From Squalus acanthias (taxonomy: Eukaryota), in assembly GCA_030390025.1 (NCBI GenBank), contig JASTWF010000323.1, positions 496,001 to 547,757 on the forward strand: DNA of 51,757 bases. Reading direction: 5' to 3'. Position 1 is the stretch's first letter; every line of letters starts with the position of its first letter. Both the position numbers and the translations under genes were made by a program. The notes under the pieces were generated by a model that was not told where the DNA came from, ran no database searches, and worked only from the letters and a program-made list of their open reading frames with translations. Shown here piece after piece: positions 22,220 through 34,298 of this stretch.

Positions 22220-22990
22220 GGAGAAATATTGCCTGGTAATAATTGACCAATTTACCAGATAGGTGGAAGCATTTGCCACCCGAGACTGCTCAGCAAGGAC
22301 AGTAGCACAAATACTGGCCAGTGAAGTAATACCCAGATAGGGAGTCACACTCCAAATTGACTCTGATAATGGTATGCATTTTTTAAAAAAAATAATGAAG
22401 GAAACTTGTAAGCTGTTAAATGTAACACAAAAATACCACCTACCATATCATCCCCAGAGCTCGGGGATGGTAGAAAGAATGAATAGGACACTGAAAAACG
22501 CGCTGACAAAAGCCATCCAAGAAACAGGGAAGGGATGGTCAGAATTACTACCCAGCATTTAATGAGGCTGCGAGCCACCCCAGGACGGACGACCGGACTG
22601 AACCCTTATGAATTAATGACAGGACGAGCGATGAGACTGCCGGAGGATCTGACTGGAGGGGTGGGAGAACCAGGACCAGTACAAGATAGATTAAGACGAT
22701 ATTTAGTACAACTAAACCAGGAGGTACAAGCACTAAATACAGAAGTAAGGAACCAGCAACAGATTAAAGATCTGGAGAGAAAAAATACTGGACTTAAACC
22801 AGAGGAGTTGCCCAAAATTGGCCAACAGTTAATGACACAAGTTATTGGAAGAAAGGGAATGGAACCTCGGTGGATGGGGCCATATACTGTATTAATGACA
22901 ATTGATACATGTGTTTGTCTACAGGAACCTCCGTTTGCCTACAGGAAAAAAAATGAATGTAAGATGGAGACACTGGAGCCAGACCAAGCC
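22220..22990 (+). pseudogene. pol: Integrase fragment
   Basis: KYCLVIIDQFTR*VEAF, QIDSDNGMHF, YHPQSSGMVERMNRTLKNAL, TGLNPYELMTGR and WMGPYTVL (GPY/F). Confidence 0.93.
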
Positions 22991-25569
22991 GTTGATGGGG
23001 CACGGGGAAGAGATTTCCCCATCTCTTGGGGACCCTATGATTAAAAGGAAATAATAACGAGTATTGACCTGTCTTTTCTCCCCTATATTTGATCAGGACC
23101 GGATTTCGAAGGGCTAAGTCGATTCTGCGGGTCACTATTTTACCTGTCTCTTTCTTACAGATGAGCGGGCCCAACCTCGGTACTGCCATCACTTCCGGGG
23201 ATGGGATCCTGCGAACTCTCATTACTATACGACTCTAACCTTCCCCGGGACTCACCCCTTGACTCTAGAGTTCCGATTATCTCCCTTTTGTGGTCGGACT
23301 ACCGGACCCCTCGCTCTACATCCCAACAGAACTCAGAATCTTTTATTCACCCTACACCGTGCAGTGAAGATTGACCGGTTCCGAGACACAGCTGCTCTTT
23401 GGGAACCGCTGGTGTCGGGACTGGAGGACGTTCCCCAGGGGATATCCACTTCCTTTTATAGGCCCTCCTACCTCCGAAGGAGGACAGTGCAACCTGTATT
23501 CACACATTCCCGTCCGACGGCTCCTAACCCTCACCGAATTATGTTAAGTCAGATATGTTACATTGAGCCACTGTCAGAAGGCCACCGCCTCCGTCTCAAT
23601 GTCACGTATGAAGTAGCCTTAACCCCTCTCCGAGCCTTGCGCACACGACTAATAGCAGGACAGACCCAAAGGGCGGGGGGGGGGGGGGGTGTGCAGAGAC
23701 AGGCAGAGAGAGAGAGAGAGAGCCTGCTAGTTACCACAAGCCAGTGCTGAGACTGTTAAACGAGCTGGACTCTTTATGCCTAGCGGTGATGTAGGATCCC
23801 GATGGGGTGGCTTATCATGGGAATGATAGGGTTACTGTTCGGGGAACAAACAACACCTACCACGGCGCTGGGGTTCTGCGTCGACCGGCCAGGAGCCCCG
23901 TTTTTCTGTGAGATGACCCAAAACACACAAGGGGGTCTGTGCCAGTAAAATCACAGGAAGAAAGGACAATATGAAATATGACGTAATTTGCTGTTTTCTG
24001 CAAGAATGTGCTATTTTGTTTTGTTTTATCTGTTGTGTTCGTGCTTAGTTAAAGTGTGAAAGTACAACAGTTTTTTTGGATCGGGAATTTTTTTTTAAAT
24101 TTATGTAAAGTGACGCAATTGCGTGCGCCTGACAATGTTTTGCTCCACCTTCTTAAAGACATGCGAAGGTGTTAACCCTTTTCACTGACAGCTGTTTAAG
24201 TTCACCGAGCAACAACTTTAGTATGACATTTAAAGATATTGGAAATTATTAAAGTTAAATTACTTAATTTTAATTTAACATTTCCCAGAAGGAAAATTAT
24301 GATTTGATAAATTAACCCCTTGGGCTTTAAGCAGAGTCACAATGGATTATCTTCTTTCTTTTGTTATATGGAAGTTACCTTGTAAACTAATTGCAGCACT
24401 TCTGTCTCCAATGTTAAAACACTGTGTAAGCCACCTAGCCTGGAAATCACTTGTTTCTGAAATTGGAATTGATAAGATAAATTGATAGAAATGAAATTGA
24501 ACTTTGACAAAACCTGTCAGTTCAACAGTACTGCTGTTTGGATTTCGGGATAATTTTGAAATGACAAAATGGACTCAGGCACTATATATTGGGTTACTTT
24601 TGGGAACATAAAAGATCCTCTAAAATAGTGAGAAATAAAAAAAACGTTAATAACTTGGACCAAGTGAGAACGTTTGATCTATGTTTTCAATCTTAAATAT
24701 TGTACTGGACAGTAAAGTTTCTCCAGGGCTCATGAATGAGATATGAATGGTAATTAAAGGGAAGTGATTGAAGGTGTAAGATTGAAACAGGAGAATTACA
24801 CCACTGAATAGGAATTTTATAAGTTTTCTAGTGAAAGTCAGGAAAGAGTAGCTAAGAATAGTAAATTGATAGCTTTCTCTTGGAGACATTTGTGTCCCTG
24901 CCTCTAATGAACCTTTTTAAGAAAACTGAATTTGATAGCCCGGCCACTACCCAAGACATCGGGACCAGGCAGAGGAAGATGAACAAAGACCTCCAGACAA
25001 TCTTTTGATAAGATACCTGAAAGCCCGAGAAAGGCACATGTGGCATGATATGGAGATACCGATATGAGTGTGCAAATGTGATTTGTTACGTATGAAGCAA
25101 TTACCATCCGCAAATGTATGTTGAATTTGCACTGAAGAACGGGTCTCAGACATGCTCAGTTACTTGACAACAGCAAGACATGAAATGATTAATTTGGCTC
25201 AGGAGAGCGAGACAACTTCCAAAGCATTGACACATACTCCATCGAGAAACTATCTAATTAATGAAACAATCAGAATAGAGTTAAACACACTGGTATCTGT
25301 TAGAAGGATTGAACATTGAAGTTGAAGTGGAGAGTTACCTGGAATCTGGATTGGGACAATTGAGGGCTAAGGAGAAATCATGTTTAGCAAGAATTATTCT
25401 CAAGATGGATACGAGTAAAAGAGAAATCTGGAGAATCTTTTAAGTCCATGATTTGTTGATTAGATGTTAAACTGTAATGTCGCTTGAAATGATTGTAAGA
25501 CTGAATTTAACTGTGACTGTAATGATTGTGTTTTGTAGGTAACAGAGCGTGGGAAAAACCAGTACGAAT

Positions 25570-25950
25570 CCAGTATGAGGTGATTTTGGTGGTGCCTCCT
25601 GTATCACTACTACCGCAACTACCATGCTTTATGGGTCTAACAGGACCTGTCCTATCAACCAACACGTTTTTAAGTATGAGCTGTACAATTATGTAGCACA
25701 AATCGAATACTACATTCCCCCGTTGTCTAAGGGTATCACTGAGCTCATGATACGACTGAACTCCTCCCTAAAGCATTTTTATGTTTTGGAGGAAGGTAAC
25801 TCGAGAATAGATATTGAAATTGACAGCATAGAGGACAACTCATACTGGTGGGATATTGGGCTTAATATATCAGCACTCCCTTATTTCACACGCTCTGGTA
25901 GTTCTCCAACTTGTAATGCTAGTGTATATGTAACCTATGTAGTAAGATGC
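25570..25950 (+). pseudogene. env: env C-terminal remnant of the first provirus
   Basis: ELYNY...IPPL...WWDIGLNI...ISHALVVLQLVM aligns with ELVNY...VPHL...LWDWGMNV...ISHILVIVQLVM of the env at 28937-30740. Confidence 0.75.
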
Positions 25951-26682
25951 ATAAGCCAATTGGGTACTCATGCCTATGACTAACCAGCACTAACAAATTA
26001 ATTGAGCACACCGAAAGAGAAGATCCGAAGCAAGGTAGAGGAGACCCCAGGCGTGGTAACATCAGGAAAGATAGAAGAAACAGAGGATACCCCAGGCAGG
26101 GAAGAATTGGAAAACCGGAACAGTGAATTGAATGTAATGATGGTGAAAGGTGACCACATGGGTGGTCATTTGGGACTGGGGACTAAAGACACAGATCCAT
26201 CCATGGATCCGACTGATTTCACATGTATGAGTCGTGGTGCAGTTAGTAATTGTCCTGACCTTGTTATGTATGACATGCAGGAAATGTAAACGGACTCGGG
26301 CGAAACAAATTGCAAAGCAAGTGGTTAAAACTGTTAATGCTTATATTGCTCCTACCCCAAGCATTTCAGATGATGACTTTAACAACTTGTTGGAAAAATC
26401 AAGTGTATGAATAATGAAGCATTTGTATAATGAATCGGGGAATGCCTAAATATTAACTTTACTCATCTGATGCTTACCTGCTGCCTAGACGGGAGGCCAC
26501 CCCGACAGGATTCACACTAGACCATATGCATCAAATGTGCGGCCTACCTGGAATAACCAAAGGACTGGGGGGAGGAGGAGTGTAGAACAAATTGGGGTGG
26601 GGGGGGGGGGGGGGGTTACAGGAAAAACCTTCATCATTCGTGCTGTTTGATCCGGGAAAACCTATATGCGTTTCTGATATAA

Positions 26683-27257
26683 TAGCCCAGAAATTGGCCT
26701 CTCCGGCTTGCTGCGGGGGTAAGGATCGCGCGCGATCTTACCTACCGCGCCTGCCGTTCTGTTCCGGGCCCACACGAACTTCGGGTCCCGGGCCTCTCCC
26801 TGGTGCCGGCGCGCAGTGTGTGCGTGTCGCAGAGGCGCAGTTAACCAATTGAAACAAAAATTTAAATATTTGCAAAAATTTAAATTCTTTTTAAAAGTTA
26901 TAAAAATAAACTTACCTTTCTTTAAAGTCTCTAAAAAGATAAACCTGTTGAAAAAAATTTAAAATAGTACTTAATTAACTACTTACCTTGTTAAAAGGGG
27001 GTCTTATGCCTCCTTTTTTCATTTGTAAAATCTTCCATACTTACCCTCGCGTTCAAACCTGAAAATAAACCTAAGTGTGCTGCATGCGCACAGCCTGTAG
27101 TGCGCACGTGGTTCACTTAGGAACCGCCCCCATCGCAATATCGGAAGTGCCGGTTTCCCGCGCATGCGCATTGCATGCAGGAAACCGGCACTTCGGGACA
27201 CAATACGGGTGAGTACACAGTGCGTAAGCTCCCGTATTCTGCCGAATTTCTGGGCCA
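26683..27257. mobile_element. Harbinger-like MITE nested in the provirus
   Basis: TIRs TAGCCCAGAAATTGGC / GCCGAATTTCTGGGCCA flanked by TAA and TTA; shares the GCCGGTTTCC..GCATGCGCA.TGCATGC..GAAACCGGCA palindrome with 2487-3183. Confidence 0.8.
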
Positions 27258-27339
27258 TTATACACTCACTAGCTTATCACACTATTTAGCGTAGAGAGCA
27301 CACTCTGCAACCCCCTTCAAGGTTACTTTCCGGGGGATT

Positions 27340-27350
27340 GGAAGGGGGGA
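27340..27350 (+). promoter_or_regulatory. Polypurine tract
   Basis: GGAAGGGGGGA immediately before the 3' LTR. Confidence 0.85.
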
Positions 27351-27351
27351 C

Positions 27352-28096
27352 TGAAGGATTCAGCTTGTACTGAAGGATCCAGCTTGTTCCCAAAGAATTC
27401 TGGGATACTTGACTATTTTAACTGAAAAGGTTCAGCTTGTTTCCAATGAATTCTGGGATACTTGACTATGCAGGTTTAGCTGACTGAAACACATTTGCAG
27501 ACAGCAAGGGGCCTCTTCTCTTATCAAACTTCGGAATGTGTTTGTATTCACAGCCTCAGTAGAGCCATTGTCAAAACACAGCCTGGCCTCCCAAAAGATA
27601 AGGGTGCAATTAACAACCAACACTGTTCCAGTCACTGAGCGCAAAAGCCATTACGGCCTTGAGCCATCCCGCTTGTTCGACAGTTAAGGATATAAAATGT
27701 TTTCTTAAACTATAAACTCTGCCTACAAAGGGGAAGAGATAAAAGCAGGAATTTGGGGAGTAGGATGAGACAACCAACTTCTGTGACTGGCATGGTCAGC
27801 GGGTATCCGAGTTCAAGGGGAGGGCTCGACAGTTGGGTGACTAACCATCTAACCAATAGAGATTAACTGTAGTGACACTGTTTGTATATGTACGCCCCAT
27901 TCTGAAGTAAGTGGGCGGTGCTTATAGAAATGTATAACTTGAATGAACCGTTACTTGTCCCTCAGAGAGTGAACCCCTAACCTGAGGAAGCTGAGTGGCT
28001 CTCCCTTGTGCACAAGTCTTTTGTTTGTTATAATAAATTCTGAACTTGTCCGCAATTCCGTCTCCGTCTGAGATTTCTCCAAATTCAAATCTAACA
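27352..28096 (+). repeat. 3' LTR
   Basis: TGAAGG...TCTAACA, colinear with 19282-20004, with a 19-bp duplication at its start. Confidence 0.95.
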
Positions 28097-28830
28097 CTGC
28101 CTAGTGATCATAGACCAGTTTACAAGGTGGGTGGAAGCATTCCCCCCTAGAGCCTGTAATGCTCAGACTGTGGCCCGAATATTTGCATACGACGTGATAC
28201 CGAGATGGGGGGTCCCGTTACAAGTAGATTCAGATCAAGGTACCCACTTTACGGGAAAGGTAAGGTACTGGGAGTAAGACAAAAGTTCCACATCCCCTAT
28301 CATCCGCAAAGCTCAGGCATGGTAGAGCGAATGAACAGAACCTTGAAAACAACCTTAAGCAAGGCCATAGCCGAAACCGGACAGGGATGGGTGGATGTCC
28401 TCCCGTGTACCTTGATGAGGCTGAAATCCACCCCAAACAGGATGAGCGGACTGACACCATATGAAATCATGACTGGACGAGCAATGCGTCTGCTGGAAGG
28501 AGTAGCATGTGGTAGCGAGGGACTAGGACTCTTAAAAGATAAAATTCGGAAATACGTACAAACATTGGATAAACAATTGAAGGAGCTCAAAAAAGAAGTC
28601 AAAGAACAGCAAGACATTAGAGATAAAAATACACAAAAGCAGGGGGCCTCGGAGCCCCTTCTCAAGGTGGGCGAGCAGGTATTTGTTAAAATATCGCCAG
28701 AGAGATCGGGATTCTCACTTAGATGGACCGGACCATTTGACGTTATCATGACCAGCGATACGTGTGCATGCATAGATATGAGGGGAAAGGGAGATGGAAA
28801 CATTGGACCGAACTGAAACGATACAACAAT
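28097..28830 (+). pseudogene. pol: Integrase of a second, related retroviral element
   Basis: CLVIIDQFTRWVEAFP, QVDSDQGTHF, YHPQSSGMVERMNRTLKTTL, GLTPYEIMTGR, WTGPFDV. Confidence 0.93.
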
Positions 28831-28936
28831 AACCCATCTGACCATAAATCCCACAGGAATAATGGAATAAACACCGGAGATAAACTAACATCTGGTGACG
28901 ACCAGGCTTCTGCTTAATTTACAGCGAAACTTCGCC

Positions 28937-30740
28937 ATGAAGATGGGATTACTGCTGGGAATCGTATGCATCACGAAATAAGTTAAGGGACATCGCACAT
29001 TACACGACAAGTATATAACGAAGAAGCACCATGTTTTAATGGAACAATCATATTCGGAGTCTCATCCACTGTCCCCAATACACAGAAAGAAGAGACAAGC
29101 GAACCGATGATGCTACAATGTCCAGATATGAAACCTGGACCCACGAATGGATTAGTATTATTTACCGAAGGAGAACAATTGTATGGTAACGTGAGACATG
29201 AAATTGTACCGGTACTAATGAACCTAACCATGTTACAATGGCCAGGATATTGTGAGAGGTTTAACAAAACCAAAGAATTGCATGCATATATGATAAAGAA
29301 TGTAATTAACCAAGCTGCTGATGCGACAGGGGCCATTAGTTTCAGTGGACATGCTGCATTCCACCAAAGGATTAAGAGGAGCTCAGGAACCGCCATACTC
29401 ACAGGAATAAACACAGGGACATCATTCATTAATGTCCCAGATATACAAGGAGTCCAGATTAGTGTGGAACGACTGCAAAGGGTAATACAGCAGATTTTAG
29501 AGAAGGAAACTGGTTTGGTTTGACAAGGATCAGAGTTAGGAGTTCATACGATAAGGAAATTACTCGAGGGAATCAAGTTTATAGAGGACCATGCTAGCAT
29601 TATCAACAAACTAAACCACAGAGGTGAGAAACAAGCAAAGGATGGGGTAGGGCGAGGCCTGTGTCATGCCTATGGCCAATGGATCATCGGACAGTTAAAA
29701 CATAATCTGGCACAGATACAGCGAGGCGAGGTACCAGAATGGATTAACAGCACACAGCTCCATGGCCTCAGCCAGAATCTAGGCCCTCTGAGTGCTTGAA
29801 CCCTCAAAGGAATGACCAGAGTATATCCGGTGATAGAAAAATGTAAAGCAGAAGTGACAGCAATGATAGGCATGGTACTCCTGATACCAGTGGTGGGACT
29901 AGACACGAGTTCATACCCACAGTACCAGGTAACAAATATAGGGATAGTGAGGGGTGAGACATACCTCCAATACTATCTGATTGATAGCTACGCCATCAGG
30001 AAGAATGGTACTATGAGAGGATTCTCCCTAAACGGATGCCACGGGAAAGGCACGCTTACGATATGCCCACATCCGGTAGGAGAAGGCCCTAAGGATGAGT
30101 GCAGCTATAATAAGACAGAGGGGTGTGTGTTGGAATTATGACATGTTGACCAACATCACACCGGCTCACGATACAGGGGAGAAGGGGAGTATTGTATAGC
30201 CACCAAAGAGACTGAGTACCAATATCGTAACCTTGTGTGTGCAATCACAATGCCCAACTTCTGCTTTACGCCAAAGATCCCTGTGACAATTGGACACACC
30301 AGATTGGAGTATGTACATTCAAGTGAGGAGATAAAACTCAATGTGTCAGATAATCTAAGGGACGAGTTGGTCAATTATGAAGATCCGGTAGGGGCCCTAG
30401 TACCACACCTGCAAGAGGATCTGCATGAAATGAAAGAGGATTTAAGTAAGATGGTGAAACAATACATAGTGTTGCAAAGGAATTTTGCAGAATTAGAAAA
30501 GGACATAGAGGTAGGGCTACAGGAATTCCCGTGGTGTGCGCAGCTGTGGGATTGGGGAATGAATGTCAACATATATCCATGGATCCGCATCATTTCTCAT
30601 ATATATTAGTGATAGTACAGTTAGTCATGGCTATAGGATGGGGAATAGCATCATGCACCGCTTGTAAAAAGAAACGGACCAAACAAAGAGCTAAAGCGAG
30701 CCAGAAAGAGCTGGAAAACGCAAGTTTGCTCAAAACATGA
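28937..30740 (+). pseudogene. env: Envelope/fusion glycoprotein gene of about 600 codons with 3 in-frame stops and 2 frameshifts; F-protein-like (lokiretrovirus-like)
   Basis: Splice acceptor TTTACAG at 28924, signal-like MKMGLLLGIVCI, furin site RIKR at 29368-29379, fusion-peptide-like stretch, heptad, Cys-rich domain, second heptad, TM and basic tail. ORFs 29107, 29812 and 30235 share one frame. Confidence 0.85.
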
Positions 30741-31119
30741 TGGGTATGCAGGGCCTCCCGAACCAGCGAACTGAGTACCACACATAGAACAGGATGGTCC
30801 CAGGCTCCATGCCTGCCTTGTACCCAGTGAGCTGCTTTCATCCAGTGTGGTTGAACGACACACACGTAGCAGGAAGATCCCAGCTGAGTGAGCTGCTCTG
30901 ACCCGGGACGATACTGTGGACCACGCACAATCCCAGATTCCATGCCCGGCCTGTGCCCAGTGAGCTGCCCTCTCTCACCCAGTGTGGTATTTTGCCCCAC
31001 TCACAAAGCAGGAAATCACAGGCTCCATGCTCGGTCTGTGTCCAGTGAGCAGTCCTCTCTCACCCGGTTGAATGTGGCCGGACTCTCAGGCTGACACCAG
31101 GAGTTTTGAAGAGTTGGTG

Positions 31120-31700
31120 CAGCGCCGCAACTGGCGGGAGCGGGGTGCTGCAGCGTGACATGTTTACATAGACAGCTCCTACTGGAACCCGTGAGTCGGG
31201 GATTTACACTCGGGCCTCGCGGGGATTCCCGGCCACAAACCCCTTCTTCCCTCCGGCGTTCCCCCGCTGGATGAGGAGCCACGGGCCGGGACATTGCCTG
31301 CCGCTGCCGCCCAACGCTGATCTAGCGACCACCGGCTCGCTGACAATCGCCGTCCTCTGAGGAGGCCTTGCGGCCAATCGGAGTCACCGCTGTGTGACCG
31401 ACAGCTGTCTCAGCCAATCAGAGCGCAGCGTAAACCGCGATGGACCAATCACAGCGGAACTGCGCGCGGACTTTGTGACGTTCAGCTCACCGAAACAATC
31501 GCTGAGCGCCGCTACCGCGCTATGACCAATCGGAGCACAGACGTGCGGTTTAATTCCGCACAGCGAAGTTGCGTCATTCTCCTCTCAGCGTCATTGCGTC
31601 CTTTTGCTTTGACAGACAGGCGAGTCATGCCGCTGCTATGCGCCGGTTCCAAAGAGAGAGAGGAGGCGGGACAGCGCTCTTAAAGCGGAGCCGCGCTGAA
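31120..31700. promoter_or_regulatory. CpG island promoter with CCAAT-box array
   Basis: High CpG density; CCAATC at 31374, 31414, 31445, 31526; TGACG sites; GC box GAGGCGGGAC near 31663. Confidence 0.7.
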
Positions 31701-31884
31701 AATTACAGTTGTGCAACTATATTTCACTGCTGATCATTAAAGCTGGAACCGGACTGCTGAAAGTCAGTGGGTGAAAGAGGAGGATCCCGGGGGATAGGAA
31801 GTGGGAAAGAAATGGCGAAGGGTTGGTGGGTGACGGGGAAATAAATGAGATAGGGGATCGAAATGGTGGGAAGGGAAATAAATA

Positions 31885-33212
31885 AAAAGGTGGAGAAGTT
31901 TAGGGAGGGAATTCAAGAGCTTCGGGCCTCGGCAGCTGAAGGCATGGCGGCCAATGATTGGACTGATTAAAATCGGGGATGCTGAAGATGCCAGAATTAA
32001 AGGAGTGCGGATATCTCAAAGTATTGTAGGGCTGAAGGAGGTTACAGAGATAGGGAGGGGCAAGGCCATGGAAGGATTTCAAAACAAGGATGAAAATTTA
32101 GGGAGCCGGACCAGGAGCCAATGTCGGTCAGCGAACACAGGGGTGATGGGTGAACGGGACTTGGTGCAAGTTAGGACACGGGCAACAGCGTTTGGATGAG
32201 CTAAAGTTTATGGAGGATGGAAATTGGGAGGCCGGCCAGAAGAGCATTGGAATAGTCGAGTCCAGAGGCGACAAAGGCATGGATGAGGGTTTCAGCAGCA
32301 GATGAGCTGAAGCAGGGGTTGAGTTGGGCGATGTTACATAGCTGGAATTAGGCGGTCTTGGTAATGGAGCGGATATGTCGTCGGAAGGTCATTTAAGTGT
32401 CACATGGGATACCAAGGTTGTGAATGATCTTGTTCAGCCTCAGACAGTGTCCAGGGAGAGGGATGGAGTTGGTGGCTAGGGAACGGAGTTTGTGGTTGGG
32501 ACCGAAGACAATGGCTTCCATCTTCCCAATATTTAGTTGGAAGAAATGTCTGCTCATCCAGTACTGGATGTAGGACAAGCAGTCTGACAATTTAGAGATA
32601 GTGAAGGGTTCGAGGGAGGTGGTGAGGTAGAGCTGGGTGTTATCAGCGTACATGTGTAAATTGCTACTATGATTTCAGATGATGTCGCCGAGTGGCAGCA
32701 TGAAGATGAGAAATATGAGGGTGCCAAGGATGGATCCTTGGGGGTCACCAGAGGTAATAGTGTGTGGGCAGGAAGAGAATCCCTTGCAGGTGATTCTCTG
32801 GTTATGGTTAGATAGATAAGAATGGACCAGGTGAGTGCAGCCCCACTCATCTGGGTGACGGAGGAGAGGCGTTGGAGGAGGATGGAATGGTCAACCATGT
32901 CAAAGTCTGCAGACAGGTCGAGAAGGATGAGAAGGGGCAGTTTTACATTGTCACAGTCACATAGGATGTCATTTGTGACTTTGATATGGGCCATTTCAGG
33001 GCTGTGGCAGGGGCGGCAACTTGACTGGAGTGCTTCAAACATTGAGTTGCACGAAAGATCGGCTTGGATTTGGGAGCTGACAATACATTCAAGAACCTTG
33101 GAGAGGAAACGGAGGTTGGAGATGGGGCGGTAGTTTGGAAGAACAGGGGGGGTCAAGGGTGGATTTTTTAAGAAGGGGTGATGACGGAGGATTTGAATGT
33201 GAGGGGGACAGT
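31885..33212 (-). mobile_element. L2 LINE reverse transcriptase fragment
   Basis: NYRPISNL.FLSKVLE, LLILLDLSA.FD.VDHSILL.RL, MYADNTQLYL, WMS..F.QLN..K.E, GLAPPYL. Confidence 0.92.
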
Positions 33213-33388
33213 ATCTCCTCTAAGATGCTCCTTAAAACCTGCCCCTTTGAACTAGCTTTCGGTCACCTGTCCTATTATCTCATTATGTGGCTCGGTGTTA
33301 AATTTTGTTTGATAATCGCTCCTGTGAGGTGCCTTGTGATGTTTTGTGACGTTAAAGGTGCTATGTAAAGGCAAGTTGTTGTTGTTCT
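33213..33388 (+). mobile_element. L2 LINE 3' end
   Basis: LLKTCPFELAFGH then GTTAAAGGTGCTATGTAAAGGCAAG(TTG)n. Confidence 0.8.
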
Positions 33389-34054
33389 TGATGATAGGTA
33401 TGTATATCAATGTTAGAGAGTTCAATTAAGTATCCACAGCGTATAATTTTTATAATTTTATAATTTTTAATGTTTATATGAATACTTCCAATCAGCATTT
33501 ATATAATTCAAAACATTAAGTATGAATGAAATGGCCTATCTAGAACTCACAAGATTAGAAACATAAATCCAAGCCACATGTATATAATCTAAGGCAGCCT
33601 GTGTACAATGTAACCGGGTATACTTATCTCTCAACATAACATATTCCTGCAATATTGTATTTATAAGCTAACATTATTAGTGGAAACGTTATACATGCGT
33701 GTGTGTCATTTAATGCAACATTTCTATATATTGAAATGACATATCTAAAATTTCAGAAAACAAGTATAACATTAAACAGTGGATGAATAATTTAAAACCA
33801 TAAATGTATTAAAACAGTTTGTGCCTATTTAAAGTAGCTTTCTTGAAAGCGAAAGCATTCACATTTACACACCATATCCGTCATTTAAAATAGCATGTGC
33901 CTATCGATTGATATCATCTCATTTCAAAATACTTATTCCAGTGTTTCTTCCTCTTTATATGCCCATGTTCAAGGCCACAGGACATTGACCGTTTCAATGG
34001 GAACTGGAGAGAACGGGTGACTTTAAAATGGGGATTCAATTTTCACCCCCTCCA

Positions 34055-34298
34055 ATAACAGGGAGATGATGAGAATTGTTTTTAAACAGCGAATTATTAT
34101 GATCTGGAATTTACTGCCAGAAAGGGCGGTGGAAGTAGATTCAGTCGCAACTTACAAAAGGGAATTGGATACATACTTGAAAGGGGGAAATTGACAGGGC
34201 TGTGGAGAAATAGCAGGGCAGTGGGTCGAATTGGAGAGCTCTTTCAAAGAGCCGGCACAGGCAGGATGGGCCCAATAGCCTCCTCCTGTGCTTTGTCA
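34055..34298 (+). mobile_element. CR1 LINE 3' end
   Basis: Reverse-complement match to 598-865 (GATCTGGAAT..ACTGCC.GAAAGGGCGGTGGAAG). Confidence 0.85.

Larger units (their letters stand above)
19282..28096 (+). mobile_element. Defective endogenous retrovirus (LTR-PBS-gag-pol-env relics-PPT-LTR)
   Basis: Two direct TG...CA repeats of about 720-745 bp, PBS, PPT, and RT, integrase and env remnants in retroviral order. Confidence 0.92.

Noticed and set aside
28230..30593. Minus-strand ORFs (184, 148, 78 aa and others) over integrase and env
   Set aside because: Antisense shadows of the plus-strand retroviral genes with no independent motif.
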